Assembly (NCBI GenBank): GCA_963822405.1
Contig: CAWGHH010000004.1
Span: forward strand, 70,226-134,225
Direction of reading: 5' to 3'
Length of the DNA: 64,000 bases
DNA from: Candidatus Uhrbacteria bacterium
Lineage (GTDB): Bacteria; Patescibacteriota; Patescibacteriia; UBA9934
The first letter of the stretch is position 1. Each line of letters begins with the position of its first letter. This document shows, piece after piece, positions 18,401 to 30,325 of this stretch. The notes beneath the pieces are model-generated. The model saw nothing but the letters and a program-made list of their open reading frames with translations. It was not told the DNA's origin and searched no databases. The position numbers and the translations under genes were made by a program.

Positions 18401-19442
18401 CGTAATTTGACGAAGTAAAAACAAGAGAAGAAGGCGAGACGCTTGCCTCCGTAGAGTCCGATACCGATACTGGGATAGTCACGTTCGCTGTTGGCTCACC
18501 ACGAAGTGCCACAGTAAATGTTGCAGTCGCACCAGCCTCTGTTACGTTATTGGATGCTTGAGTAATCGCAAACCCCGGTTCGCCAAAACGAATATTTGTA
18601 TTATTTCCGTTGTTAATACATTGAGAATAACAATGGATTTGGCTCGTTCCGATGTTATTCACATCCGTAACATGAGCCGCGAACATCGCAAGAGCTCCTT
18701 GAAAATCCACACTCGCCTGAACCCCAGAAGAGCTACTAACAATTGTCAGCTTATTATCAACGGGCACATTATGGGTGCTGGCTAAAAGTCGTGTTGTGCC
18801 GAGCACTGTCGTGGTAAGGGACGCCGGCAACGTCAACGTCACATCAAGATTTGTTGTTGTCGCAATGTATAAATCATTAAACGTCGTAGCACCGGAAAGC
18901 GTCGGAGTAGCTCCGCTTAACTGCACCGTTCCGCTATTGTGCGCAAACGTTCCCGCTGAATGCGTAAAATTTCCGCCTATCAGCGTCGTACCGGACGAAG
19001 CCGTAAATACACCGCCAGAAAGTAAAAAGTTTGTGCCAACGGTGAGCGATTGACTCGACGCACCGAACGAACCATCAGCCTGAGAGAATGCCGCACTCGT
19101 CGTAAGCGATCTCGCGAGAGTAACGGTTCCCGTGTAACCAGCATTAATACTGACACTCGTAACAGTGCTGGTAAAACTCGCATCAGCCGTTGCATCTTTC
19201 GTCGAGGTTCCATCAAATACAACAGCGTCACCTGCGCCCGGTTCTACATCCCCCACCCAATTAGCGTCCTCACTCCAATCATTCGTAGCTCCCCCACCGT
19301 CCCAAGTTATTGTAGCTGCGTGAGCAGGTCTCAACAGCAATGAAACAATCAATGTGGGCACTGTGATGGCAACGAGAATCGGTAAGATGATTCTGTGCAA
19401 TCTATGATTTGTAAAAAAACTTCGCCGGTTGTTACTTGGCAT
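15480..19442 (-). CDS. Large secreted surface protein (beta-helix-like N-terminus, Calx-beta-like repeat, beta-propeller, CPR-type C-terminal domain)
   Basis: Signal peptide ending AHA-A, TWDGGGATNDWS, VTEAGATATFTV..DDTADDG, YVTN-like blades; start moved to MPSNN to avoid rarA overlap. Confidence 0.8.
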   Translation of the reverse strand: MPSNNRRSFFTNHRLHRIILPILVAITVPTLIVSLLLRPAHAATITWDGGGATNDWSEDANWVGDVEPGAGDAVVFDGTSTKDATADASFTSTVTSVSINAGYTGTVTLARSLTTSAAFSQADGSFGASSQSLTVGTNFLLSGGVFTASSGTTLIGGNFTHSAGTFAHNSGTVQLSGATPTLSGATTFNDLYIATTTNLDVTLTLPASLTTTVLGTTRLLASTHNVPVDNKLTIVSSSSGVQASVDFQGALAMFAAHVTDVNNIGTSQIHCYSQCINNGNNTNIRFGEPGFAITQASNNVTEAGATATFTVALRGEPTANVTIPVSVSDSTEASVSPSSLVFTSSNYATPQTVTVTGVDDTADDGGIASSIILAVPTSTDTLYGVLNPVDVSLFTEDDDRDLMTVDFDNGAMLTEEDVKGTVAWFDRTNQGEGVFRTANGGSAVSLAGTKILPGCRVTVGGVDYRILRVDPITTGQVLLTDGITPPDQIYLTLVDATVTKIACTSELVDAAQLGGSTARISVGSLNLLSAGAGHGGILADETNGRIWLGNAGVPALVEVSMATGLEVARKSMTGSSYNFAIDPTRNRLWFADYDSNKLVAFDAGTGNYAFGTLGASSFSVSGHAWDVVYNPDLDEIWVVTYPSSKLVRINPTNGAVINTIVLGIEANGIVYDSVQHAVWISGGNTFSTALYKFSATTGTFANGTLSASTYPIPGYADSGDDSIRFDATNNIIWVLSAFEADGVDPLVKVDAATGNVLASYDTGTYAQGLDIDTVLGRVYVGYSPVELGPPGGESASLIVFDANTGDRLATYPMSSGLLQFALQSSDTFWSYNSYPTNELDQLIIGAAPAGKYYTTLTTASSNIDFTGTNRIGSATVSESLDGGNADYSISFDARQSFKVFGTSWRTIASSLATDHGGVNGNWYYRNDASVWTPAPTNTPAEAISLAVENGPTNNRMTGTVLGAVKRTNWSLTGGFMPTTSNIDLAVTLETDSVASHPAVDSVVFTLAGQGSSVSESPTDVSVVIANGVQCVSSSDVILTMRAANATAVSIDGGSFIPFVVDETVTVTTNSSGVFIRTMTLPWALSSGAGEKIVTVQFRSATGETSLAISDTVTLSVGCEISPGSGPIVEPPVVVPIVKQTFNNFIRTPDSSIVYFVDENDVRHSFITAVEFFTYAKDFSVVKVITNEKLLSYALGKPMPPKPGTVLLKTPGSTRVYAFDVEATIDNPIIHWVPTEELAAALFGAHWADYIIDLDPTSFGRLTVGTPLDGTSTVDTANLVKRADLAERIASFLRFTIQYIEGLVGWASPIPVFSNISRLFR

Positions 19443-19470
19443 ATTAGGCCAAGTATAGCAAACTCTGAGT

Positions 19471-20727
19471 ATGGATCTCTTTGAGACGCAACTTAAAACA
19501 AACCTTCCCTCTACTCCCCTGGCCGAACGGATGCGTCCGCGCACGCTTGAGGAATTCTTTGGGCAATCAAATATTGTCGGCGAAGGAAAATATTTGCGGC
19601 TCATGATCGAGCAGGACAATCTCCCATCACTCATCTTTTGGGGACCGCCAGGAGTTGGTAAGACCACGCTCGCCCAAATCATCGCCAAGATGACTAAGGC
19701 TCGCTTCCTGCCACTAAGCGCGGTATCAGGCGGAGTAAAGGATGTACGCGACGTCATCAAGGACGCGGAAGAACGCCGAAAGTTTTACGGCGAACGAACT
19801 ATTCTCTTTGTCGACGAAATCCACAGGTTCAACAAATCACAACAAGATGCATTCTTGCCTGCTGTCGAAAAAGGAATCATCACCCTTATCGGGGCAACCA
19901 CAGAAAATCCGTCTTTCGAAATCAATTCAGCGCTTCTCTCGCGTGCTCGAGTGATTGTACTTGAGCGACTCAATGAATCAGAACTCGAAAATGTTATCCG
20001 ACGAGCTATAACAGACAAAGAAAATGGCCTCGGCCAAGAACCAATTAGCGTAGACGACGAAACAATTACTGAGTTGGCTAATTTGGCGAATGGAGATGCA
20101 AGAAATGCACTGAATACATTGGAGATATCCACCAAAATATCCCCACTTGTGGATAATAAAATTGCCATTACTAAAGATGTGCTGGCTCAGGCGCTACAAC
20201 GCACGCATTTGTTTTATGATCGAGCCGGTGAAGAACACTACAACATTATTTCGGCGCTACATAAATCCATGCGTGGAAGTGATGCGAATGCTGCGCTGTA
20301 CTGGCTCGGCCGAATGCTTGAAGCCGGTGAAGATCCACTATACGTGGCTCGCCGACTTGTTAGATTCGCGTCAGAAGACATCGGTCTCGCCGATCCGCAA
20401 GCACTTGTCCAAGCAGTCACAGCATTTCAAGCCTCCCACATGCTTGGTCTACCAGAGTGCAATGTCATCCTAGCTCAATGCGTTGCATATTTGTCGAACG
20501 CCCCGAAATCTAACGCTCTTTACGAGGCATACGGTAAAGTCCAAGAAGATATCCGCAATCTCCCAAACGAACCAGTCCCTCTCCACATTCGCAATGCCCC
20601 GACTAAACTCATGAAAAATTTGGACTACGGCAAAGGCTACAAGTACACACCGACGTTCAAGAAAAAAGAAGACGCTAAACAAGACTATTTGCCGGAGAAA
20701 CTTAAAAAAAGAAAATATCTAACATAA
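19471..20727 (+). CDS. rarA: Replication-associated recombination protein A
   Basis: PLAERMRP, GPPGVGKTT, DEIHRF, ISALHKSMRGSD, ASEDIG. Confidence 0.96.
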   Translation: MDLFETQLKTNLPSTPLAERMRPRTLEEFFGQSNIVGEGKYLRLMIEQDNLPSLIFWGPPGVGKTTLAQIIAKMTKARFLPLSAVSGGVKDVRDVIKDAEERRKFYGERTILFVDEIHRFNKSQQDAFLPAVEKGIITLIGATTENPSFEINSALLSRARVIVLERLNESELENVIRRAITDKENGLGQEPISVDDETITELANLANGDARNALNTLEISTKISPLVDNKIAITKDVLAQALQRTHLFYDRAGEEHYNIISALHKSMRGSDANAALYWLGRMLEAGEDPLYVARRLVRFASEDIGLADPQALVQAVTAFQASHMLGLPECNVILAQCVAYLSNAPKSNALYEAYGKVQEDIRNLPNEPVPLHIRNAPTKLMKNLDYGKGYKYTPTFKKKEDAKQDYLPEKLKKRKYLT

Positions 20728-20856
20728 TTTCTCTTTTATCCACACCTTCTACACTATTTAGCGAAAACTGTGCACATGCTTGAATAATAAGCAATTTTCT
20801 GCTACACTCCCGGTATCAGTCGGCACCCGCCAGCTGTAAACACGCAGGAGTTCACC

Positions 20857-21603
20857 ATGCGCACGATTTCAATCATCGTCGCTCTTTCACTCGTTATGTT
20901 CACGGGTTGCAAACCCGGAGGAATCTTCGGTGGCGATCAGCTCATGCTCCGCTACACCTTCATCGCGAACGGGGAATCTCGCGTGGTTCCGCTCAACGTG
21001 GAAGGCAAGACCCTTGGCAATACGGGAGAAGAAGATATTCCGGTCTCGTTCAAAGACCACGAGATCACCTTCGGAAATCCTGATAGCATCAAACAAACCG
21101 ATGCCTTCAGCGTTCCGATCGTCGAAATCGAGGAATCGGACGGAACCATCTCGCACTACATCCATGAACCCGTCGAGGTAACCGTCGAACCGTCTTCCGC
21201 CCGCGAAGACATGGGGCTCGACTCGGCGACTCCGCCCGTCGATACCGCCACTCCCGTGATCGACAACGGCCTCATCATCAGCACAGCAATCGGCAGTTTT
21301 CTCGCAGAAGGAATCTGGACGTGTCGAAGTGCCGATCAAACGGAAATCAGCACTACGGAAGTGTCATATCCCGACGCATCCACCGTCACTGTGCCCATAT
21401 TTGGCAATATGGCAATCGAAGATATCAGACTTCACCGTGCCGATAATGGAACAAATGAAGTTTTCGGAAACTTCTCAATACCGTTCCCCAACGTCACGGT
21501 TATCATGATCAACGTGAACCCGACCGACGGTAGTAATACCGAAGTTGGTCAGTATGATTGTTGGGCTGGACAACCTGCAGACAATCCGTGGGAAAACAGG
21601 TAA
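20857..21603 (+). CDS. Orphan putative lipoprotein
   Basis: MRT..LVMFTGC lipobox-like; AGGAG SD; downstream terminator. Confidence 0.7.
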   Translation: MRTISIIVALSLVMFTGCKPGGIFGGDQLMLRYTFIANGESRVVPLNVEGKTLGNTGEEDIPVSFKDHEITFGNPDSIKQTDAFSVPIVEIEESDGTISHYIHEPVEVTVEPSSAREDMGLDSATPPVDTATPVIDNGLIISTAIGSFLAEGIWTCRSADQTEISTTEVSYPDASTVTVPIFGNMAIEDIRLHRADNGTNEVFGNFSIPFPNVTVIMINVNPTDGSNTEVGQYDCWAGQPADNPWENR

Positions 21604-21613
21604 TCCCACGCTT

Positions 21614-21652
21614 AGCCCCCCCCCTCGCGCGCCTGCGCGGGGGTCTTTTTTT
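21614..21652 (+). terminator. Intrinsic terminator
   Basis: C-run/G-run stem followed by T7. Confidence 0.6.
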
Positions 21653-21748
21653 AATCAAAAACTTAATCTAAAACATAGGGGATAAGCATAAAATTTCCTT
21701 CACCACCGATATATAATATAGAGAGGCGTGATGGCAGAAGAATAAAAC

Positions 21749-24700
21749 ATGAGTTTTCCCAATAGAACATTCAGGCTCGTCTGGAGCGTTTGTCTATTAA
21801 TCGGACTTTCATTTTCCGGTCTTTTAATTGCGCGCGCTACTACCCCAAATCCAGGACACGCTTGGTCAGGAGTTGGTGACGGACTTTTTGCTACTACGGG
21901 TCCAACTGTGCTTCGCACTTTTACCTTCCCGGATGCTGACGCCACCATCCTGACTTCGCTTACAACAGACTTTGGTGGTGCAAACTCAACCATGACCGTT
22001 TGTAACACGGCCACTTGTGACACTCTTTCTCTAGCCACGAACACTGATGCCGACACTGTTTCAATTGGCGATTCCTTAGACACTCTCAACTTTGCCGGCA
22101 CGACGGTTGCCACAACACTCACTACAACGAGCAGTGCTACTTTCGCTTCATCAACCACAAATAGCGACATACTGGCAATTAAGCCTCAATCTGGTACAGC
22201 TACAGCAACCTACACCGGAACAATCACTTCCGCGGATCTGGCGACTACTAATCGTACTTGAACCTTCCCAGATGCCACCGGTACAATCGCGCTGACCTCT
22301 GATCTCACATCTTCCGGCGGTTGGACAGATGGCGGAACGGACGTGCTCTTAACGACCTCGACGGATAACGTCGGCATAGGTGGCGCTTCTCTCGGCAAGT
22401 TATCAGTTGATGGCGACACTGACGAAATCCAACTCCTCATCCAAGGCAACGGAACGCAAACATCTAATCTCGCTGTCTTCGAAAATAGTTCCGGAACTGA
22501 TCTCGTGACCATCTCCAATACTGGACTACTCACTTCAAACTCATGGTCAGACAACACAAACACCATTTCTACATTTGGCGGGCGAACAACTTTTAGAAAA
22601 GCTTCGGCCGGAGTTACAGAATTTGTAGTTAGTCCGAGTGGATCACAAGCATATGACACTGCTGTGTTGAAAATTTCCGGCAGTGACTATGGCGCAGACC
22701 AAACAAACAATTGGGGTATGCTGTTTGATAACTTTGGCTCAAACGGAGCTACCGGATTCACTCTTTCAAACATGGCCAATGCCGGATTATTAACAATGTC
22801 TAATAGCGGAAGTACAACAGGCTATCATGACTTCGTTCTTGGTATTCAAAATGGAACAGGTGCCGAGTCAGCAGTAGTAGAAGGCATTCGTCTTGATTCA
22901 GCGGCTACACCAGCAGTAGACTTTTTCGTCGACAAAGTCATCATCACCTCTGGCACGGGAAACATTTCAACAACTGGTGACATCGCGGTAAACGGCGGAG
23001 ATGTAACCTCGACCAGCACTTTGAACCTAACATCAGCAACCTCAAGTGCGATCACCCTTGATTCTGGTACGACAGGTACGATCAACATCGGTACTGGAGC
23101 CTCCGGCAAGTCGATCAACATCGGCACGGACAACAGCAACGCCGATACGATTGGAATTGGTTCGGCTTTAGATACTTTGAGTATTGCCGCTACCACTTTT
23201 ACTACAACACTCACCACAACGAGCAGCGCCGCTTTTGCATCATCGACTACAAACAGTGACGTTATCGCCATTAAACCACAATCCGGCACAGCTACCACAA
23301 CCTATACTGGAACGATCACTTCAGCTGATCTTACAGCTGCCCGAACCTGGACATTGCCAGATGCCACCGGAACAATCGCGCTTACATCCGACATCGCTGG
23401 AGCCTTTGGCTGGACGGATGGCGGAACAGATGTAACGCTCACAACCTCTACAGATAATGTCGGAATCGGTGGCGCGTCACTCGGCAAACTATCAGTTGAC
23501 GGTGACACGGACGAGATCCAATTGTTAGTCCAAGGCAACGGAACGCAAACTTCTAATCTCGCTGTCTTCGAGAATAGTTCCGGCACGGATCTTGTCACCA
23601 TCTCAAATGCCGGCTTGCTCACCTCGAACTCATGGTCAGACAATACAAACACCATTTCTACTTTCGGTGGTCGCACAACCTTCAGAAAAGCTTCAGCTGG
23701 AGTAACGGAGTTTGTAGTCAGCCCAAGCGGAACACAGAGCTGGGACACTGCGGTACTAAAAATATCTGGAAGTGACTATGGCGCAGATCAAACAAACCAA
23801 TGGGGAATGCTTTTTGATAACTTCGGCTCAAGTGGAGCTGGTGGTTTTAGCCTTACCAACATGGCTTATGCGGGATTATTAACCATGTCCAACAGCGGAG
23901 GCACCACCGGCTACCATGACTTGGTCTTTGGTGTGCAAAATGGAACCGGCGCTGAGTCGGCAGTAGTCGAAGGCATCCGTCTTGATTCAGCGGCCACACC
24001 AGCCGTAAATTTCTTCGTCGATAAAGTCATCATCACTTCTGGTACAGGAGACATTTCAACTACTGGCGACATCGCAGTGAATGGAGGCGACGTGACATCA
24101 ACCGGCGCGCTCAATGTGACGTCTGCCACTTCGAACGCCTTGACACTCGATTCCGGCACGACGGGTACGGTCAATATCGGCACAGGAACTTCCGGTAAAA
24201 CAATCAACATCGGCACGAGCAACTCTAACGCTGACACCATCGCAATCGGTTCTGCGCTTGATACTCTCTCAATTTCTTCCTCTGCCTTTGCAGTCTCTAC
24301 CGCGGGCGTTGCCTCTGGACTCACCGGGCTTACCTCAACGGGAAACCTCACCTTCACCGGTGCAAATATTACTGGCGCTTCCCCACTTGTATTTGATGGG
24401 GCCACCGCTGATGCCGTGAAAACAACTTTTGCAATTACAGATCCAATACTCATCAGCAAAATCATAACGTTCCCTAACGCAACAGGCACCGTTGCTCTAA
24501 CGTCAGACTTAGCGATTGCTGGCGGTTCGAGCCGACGGCGGAACAGACATAACGCTCACAACCTCAACCGATAACGTCGGGATCGGTGGCGCATCACTTG
24601 GCAAGTTATCCGTCGACGGCGACACTGACGAAATTCAATTGTTGATCCAAGGAAATGCCACCCAAACCTCTAACCTGGCGGTTTTCGAAACAAGCGCGGG

Positions 24701-27700
24701 CACTGACCTCTTTGCGATTTCAGGAGCGGGTGAATTAACACAAACCTACACCGGCGCAGGCAACGCATCTTCCATCACGTCCACCACTACTACCAATGGA
24801 TCTAAAGGCTTAATAGTATCAAATACTGGCGTTGTAACAGGGAGGGGTTACGCGGGATTCTTCTCTAAAACTGGAGCATCCACAACCAACGTTGGTCTTT
24901 ATGCCTCCGCCTCCGGGGCAACAGATAATTACGCGGCCATTTTTGACTCTGGGTACGTAGGAATCGGGACCACAAGTCCTATTGCAAAATTGAACATTCA
25001 GGGTTGGTGGGCTCAAACCCTAATGGACGGCGATAGCCTTGCCATAAGAAAACCAAACTACGCCGGTGGCGGATGGGCCAGAACTTTGATGGACTTCCAA
25101 GAATATGACGGCTCAACTCTAACAAGCATGGGAGCATTTGGCTCAAATAATACATTCGTTTACGGATATATTGGAGCTGCGTACAATGACACTACTTTCC
25201 AATGGTACCCAGATAAAAGCGTAGCCTTCAACGGTAGCGTCGGTATCGGCGACACCAGTCCGGCTGCCGCTTTCGTGGTTGGCAACGGAGACCTGTTCCA
25301 AGTAACTTCCGCCGGAATCATTGCCGCCGCCACCGGGATCACTTCAACGGGTAACGTCAACTTCACTGGAGCAATTCTTACCGGCGCTTCGCCGCTCTCT
25401 TTTGACGGTGCAACGGCAGGTGGCATCAAAACGATTTTTGCCATTACCGATCCTACCGTTGCAGATAAAACAATCACCTTCCCAAATGCCACCGGTACTG
25501 TTGCTCTGACTTCCGACCTAGCAATTGCCGGTGGTTGGACAGATGGCGGAACTGACGTAACTCTCACAACCTCAACCGACAACGTCGGAGTAGGTGGTGC
25601 GTCGCTCGGCAAGCTATCAGTGGATGGTGATACTGATGAAATTCAATTTTTGGTACAAGGAAACGCGACTCAAAATGCGAACCTAGCTGTTTTTGAAAAT
25701 AGTTCAGGCACAGATCTAGTTACCATCGACAGCCTGGGAGCAATCGCTCAAACATACGCCGGCACTGCGTCAACCGCCACCACTATCTCCATGACCAACC
25801 TTACTTACGGCAGCGGACTACTAGTCATCGGAAGTGGAGCGGCGATGCAAAGTGGAGGGAATCTATTAAACCTCTCCATGGGTGCAGCCACCCAAGGACA
25901 GGCAATATCTATTGCCACTACCGGTATCTACACAGATACCTCTGGAGTCATAAACATGTTTGCAGGCTCTCTCACAAGTGGCATAGCAGAAAATATCGAA
26001 ATCAGCGGACTCACAACAGGCACAGGAATTAACGTTACTGGCGGCTACTCAATGGCGACTGGAAGCGAACTGTTAAATCTCAACATGGGCGCGGCAACTG
26101 CCGGAAACGGAGCTATCGTTACTACAACTGGCATCTATACAGGAACTGGACTTGCGACGCTCACCGCCAACTCCGCCACGACCGGCACGGGCGAAGCCAT
26201 CTCCATGACAGGTGTTACAACCGGTACCGGCCTTTCTATCACCGGCGGTTCGAGCATGACGACCAACGGCGAGTTGCTTGATCTCACAATGGGAACTGCC
26301 GCAGCTGGCAATGCGATCAATATTACCTCAACTGGAGTCTATACCGGCACTGGCATCATAAAAGCAAATGCTAACATCCTTACCTCGGGAACGCTCCTTG
26401 CCCTTTCTTCACCTAGTTCCGCTCAGTCCACAGCAATATTTCTTGACCTAGCTCAAACGGGGGTAACAACTGGTTTCAGTGGAAATCTAATCAATCTATC
26501 CTCTACCGCAACGACCGGTGCAGCAAAATTCATAAACTTAACAGCCGACTCTTCCACCGTCGGAATTGGAGAAAACATTTCCATGACCGGCCTCACCACA
26601 GGCACCGGTCTTTCTATTACCGGCGGATCAAGCATGACGGCTAATGGAGAACTCATCTACCTAAACACGAGCACAGCTGCTACCGGAAGCGCGATCAACA
26701 TAGACAACGCCGGAACTTACACCGGCACCGGTCTCATAGATCTCTCTGCAACCGGAATGACCACCGGTACCGGACTTGCCATCACCGCGGGTGGATTACT
26801 AGGCACCGGCGGAAGACTCACGGAACTTGACATGGGGACATCGACAGCTGGTAACGCGATCAATATAGACGCTATATCAAATTGGTATGAAGGCACCGGT
26901 CTGATAGCAATGACTGCCCCCTATTTAGATCAGGGCACGGCACTCTCCATAAACTCCGGCACAGTAGGTGACAATATGGCCGATGCTGGAGAACTAATTG
27001 ACCTCCAATTAGGTCCAAGCAGTATTGGACACGGAATAAAAATAACTGATAGTGGCGCATATACAGGAACTGGTCTTATCCTGATAACGGCCAACGGACT
27101 CACTACAGGTAAAGTCATCAACATTCCGCACACCACATCCGTCATTGCGTCCGGTGGTTCATTAATTAATCTTTCATCTACATCCATTGACACCGCTACA
27201 ACATCCGGCTCCCTTCTTAACCTATCCTCCACTGCATCTACAGCCGGCACACAATTCTTACAAACATATTCCGGACTGACCACTGGCATCGGACAAAGCA
27301 TAGTCAGCAACGCACTCACCTCCGGCAAACTTCTTTCATTAGCTTCCTCTTCAACAGGTCAAACAAGCGGAACTTTTCTTGATATCGCTCAAACTGGCGT
27401 TACAACAGGCTATACAGGAAACCTCCTGAACATCAGTTCCTCTAGCACGACGGGTGCTGCAAAATTCTTAAATATCCTCGCCGATGCGTCAACTGTGGGC
27501 ACCGGGATTGAACTCTCAATGGATGCGCTCACCACCGGAAAAGGAATCAACATAACCTCAACGAGCGCAGGACAAACATCAGCCAGTCTTCTGAATATCG
27601 CTCAAACCGGCGTAACTACTGGCTTCACGGGCAGCTTAGTCAACATCAGCTCGTCATCTACCACTGGCGCTGGATCAAAGTTTTTAAACATCGTTGCCGA

Positions 27701-30284
27701 TGCGTCAACAGTAGGTACAGGCATAAACCTCTCAATGGCGGCAATGACTTCTGGAGTTGGAATCTCCATCACCGGGAGCGGAGCGAGTATGTCAACTGGA
27801 AAACTAATCGATCTTCAACTGGGGGCCAATACTACAGGCAATGGCCTAGCCATAGTATCATCAGGTGCGTATTCCGGAGCAGGAATTATTTCGATCACCG
27901 CTGATAGCGCTACAAATGGGACAGGAGTTTATATATCGATGACCGGAAGAACGGGAGGTCAGGCACTCGCCATAATAGGAGGTACGGGTATGGCGAATGG
28001 TACATACTTAGCTAATCTTGACCTGGGCGCCGCAACAGCAGGGGCAGGGTTTATTGCACAAACTTCAGGAGCATACACAGGCACCGGACTTGGAATCATT
28101 TCAGCGCCGAACGCAACATCAGGAGAAATGCTCTTAATTTCCAGCAGCGGTCTCACCTCATCTGGACATGCTATTAGCATAGTTTCTGGATCGACCAGCG
28201 GAGGCATCATCATTGCAGGAAACGGCAATACTGCAACATCTATTGACGCGGATGGGCAGGTCAGAATTGGATTCTCTACAACGACTAGCTCTGTAGCGGT
28301 CTGTTCGACGCTCGGTGCCGGAGCCGCTCCGGTCTCCGGAACATCATATTTCCTTCGAGATTGTGCCGGAACAATCACCGCTGACTATGCTGAAATGTAC
28401 CCAGTAGAAACTGGAATTGAGTATGGAGATATTTTAACCACCGGCACAACTCCAATCAGCGTATACGCAGCACTCCCAGACGGTAGTGGCCTAGACCCGA
28501 CTAACGCTATCGGTAGCGTAACCTCCTTAGTAAAATCTGTCAGCGAATACCAAGCAAACATAATCGGCATCGCCTCAGATAACCACGGCGATTTCTCGAG
28601 TGCCGGTTACAACGTAATGGATGCCGATAACCCCATGCCCGTCGCCCTTAACGGTCGCGTCCCAGTCAAGATTGCGAACACCTCCGCCCCAATCGTCGCC
28701 GGCGACTACATCACCACCTCAAGTGAAGCTGGCAAAGGCATGAAAGCTACACTGTCCGGCGTTGTTATCGGTAAAGCACTCGAATCATGGATCCCTGACA
28801 ACGGCCAAGCGACCGTCATGGTTTTCGTCGAGCAGGGATACAGTACCGGCTCCGGAACCGACCTCGCAGAAATGTATTACTCGACAGATGAAACTATCGC
28901 GAAGGGCGACCTCGTTCGCATTGACGACAACATTCACGCCGGCGTAGCAAAAACAAACGGTACTTACGACGGAACTATCCTCGGCATTGTCGCTAGCCGA
29001 CCAGGTCTCGTGCTTCACGATCCAAAAGAAGCACATGAAGGCACAGCAGTACTCGTTGCTCTTGTTGGTCGAGTGCCTGTCAAAGTAACTACCGCTAACG
29101 GAGATGTTCATGCTGGCGACCTACTTACTTCCTCAGCTATTCCAGGAGTAGCCATGAAAGCTACCGCCGGCGGTCGAGTGATTGGTCAGGCGCTCTCTTC
29201 ATACACAGACGCCGGTGAAGGAATAGTGCAGGTATTTATTAATAATTCTTACGCCCCGACAGAAGTCTTTGCGCAGATAAATGCAGGTGCTTCAGTCACT
29301 AATCCAACTGTCGATCCAGTTGCCCCGGCATTCGTCACCACTGCCGATTTCGCTACAGCTCTCAATGAGATGAACAGTAGTTTGAACGCGCACGTTGCAA
29401 ACGAGCTTATCATCACGGACGCTCTCTCGGCTGGTGTATCTGGTCTTAATGATCGAGTCACCACCCTCGAAACCACCGTTTCCGCCAATGTTTCTGCACT
29501 TGCGGACGTTTCGACCCGTTTAATTGCGCTAGAACAAAATAGCCTAAGCCTTACTAGCCTGAATTTGCCTGGCGCCTTAGAAGTTACTGGTACCACAAAA
29601 CTCACCGGCGGATTACAGGTTGATTCGATAAGTTCTATCGGTTCTTCGATCAACTTCGCATCCGACATCAATCTCATCGGTCGCCCACTCTTTAATAAGG
29701 ACACAGGTGGCTTTGCGATTATCCACACCGGCGACACGTTCGTTCGCGTCACGTTTGAAAAGCCTTATGTCACTACGCCGGTTGTCGATGCATCCGTGAC
29801 TTTCAATGCTATCACTGATGAAATCGTGGCCGCGCAAGCTGAAGCTGATTATTTCGCGAGCGGAATGCACCTCATCGTAACCAGAAAAGACGTAACGGGA
29901 TTCACCATCATGTTGAATGCCCCGGCAACTACAGACCTGTCGTTCAACTGGATCGCGCTTGCCATTACGGATGCGAGAACGGATGAGTCGGTAGGGTCGA
30001 CGCTTGGGTCGACCCCGACACCGGTTGTTGCTGGCGCTACTGATCCTGCGCCTATTGATCCGACACCAATCCCAGATCCAACTCCGGTAGTTGATCCAGC
30101 ACCAATCATTGATCCCGTTCCCGTCGATCCAACACCTGTCGTAGACCCAACCCCAATCATCGATCCAGCCCCAATCGTTGACCCCGCTCCGATCGATCCA
30201 GTATTGGTCGACCCAATACCTGCCCCTATCGATCCGGCTCCGATTATTGATCCCGTGCCAGTCGATCCAGCCCCTGTAATCTAA
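21749..30284 (+). pseudogene. Giant repetitive secreted fibre-like protein 1 (about 2840 aa if repaired); in-frame TGA at 22259-22261 and +1 frameshift near 24527-24533
   Basis: ORFs 21749-22261, 22343-24574 and 24516-30284 share the module TFPDATGTIALTSD-GGWTDGGTDVTLTTSTDNVG; single signal peptide; breaks may be sequencing errors. Confidence 0.75.
29993..30019 (-). repeat. Family 1, copy 6, in-frame in giant protein 1
   Basis: agggtcgac-gcttgg-gtcgaccccgac, encodes GSTLGSTPT. Confidence 0.85.
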
Positions 30285-30325
30285 ACCGTCGCTCAGTTTT
30301 AGAACGCGTGGTAGCATTATGCAGT

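Noticed and set aside
19443-19760. N-terminal extension of the 1426-aa ORF
   Set aside because: It is antisense to rarA; the signal peptide follows the ATG at 19442
22259-22261. Genome-wide UGA recoding (genetic code 4 or 25)
   Set aside because: TGA ends leuS, trxB and rnc at their expected C-termini, and no housekeeping ORF is interrupted
22120-24280. DGR template/variable repeat pair
   Set aside because: Differences are mostly synonymous rather than adenine-specific, and no reverse transcriptase is present
30040-30280. DPAPII-type tandem repeat as a DNA element
   Set aside because: Degenerate codons of a Pro-rich protein tail
21749-30284. Prophage tail region
   Set aside because: The protein has a signal peptide and there are no capsid, terminase or integrase genes
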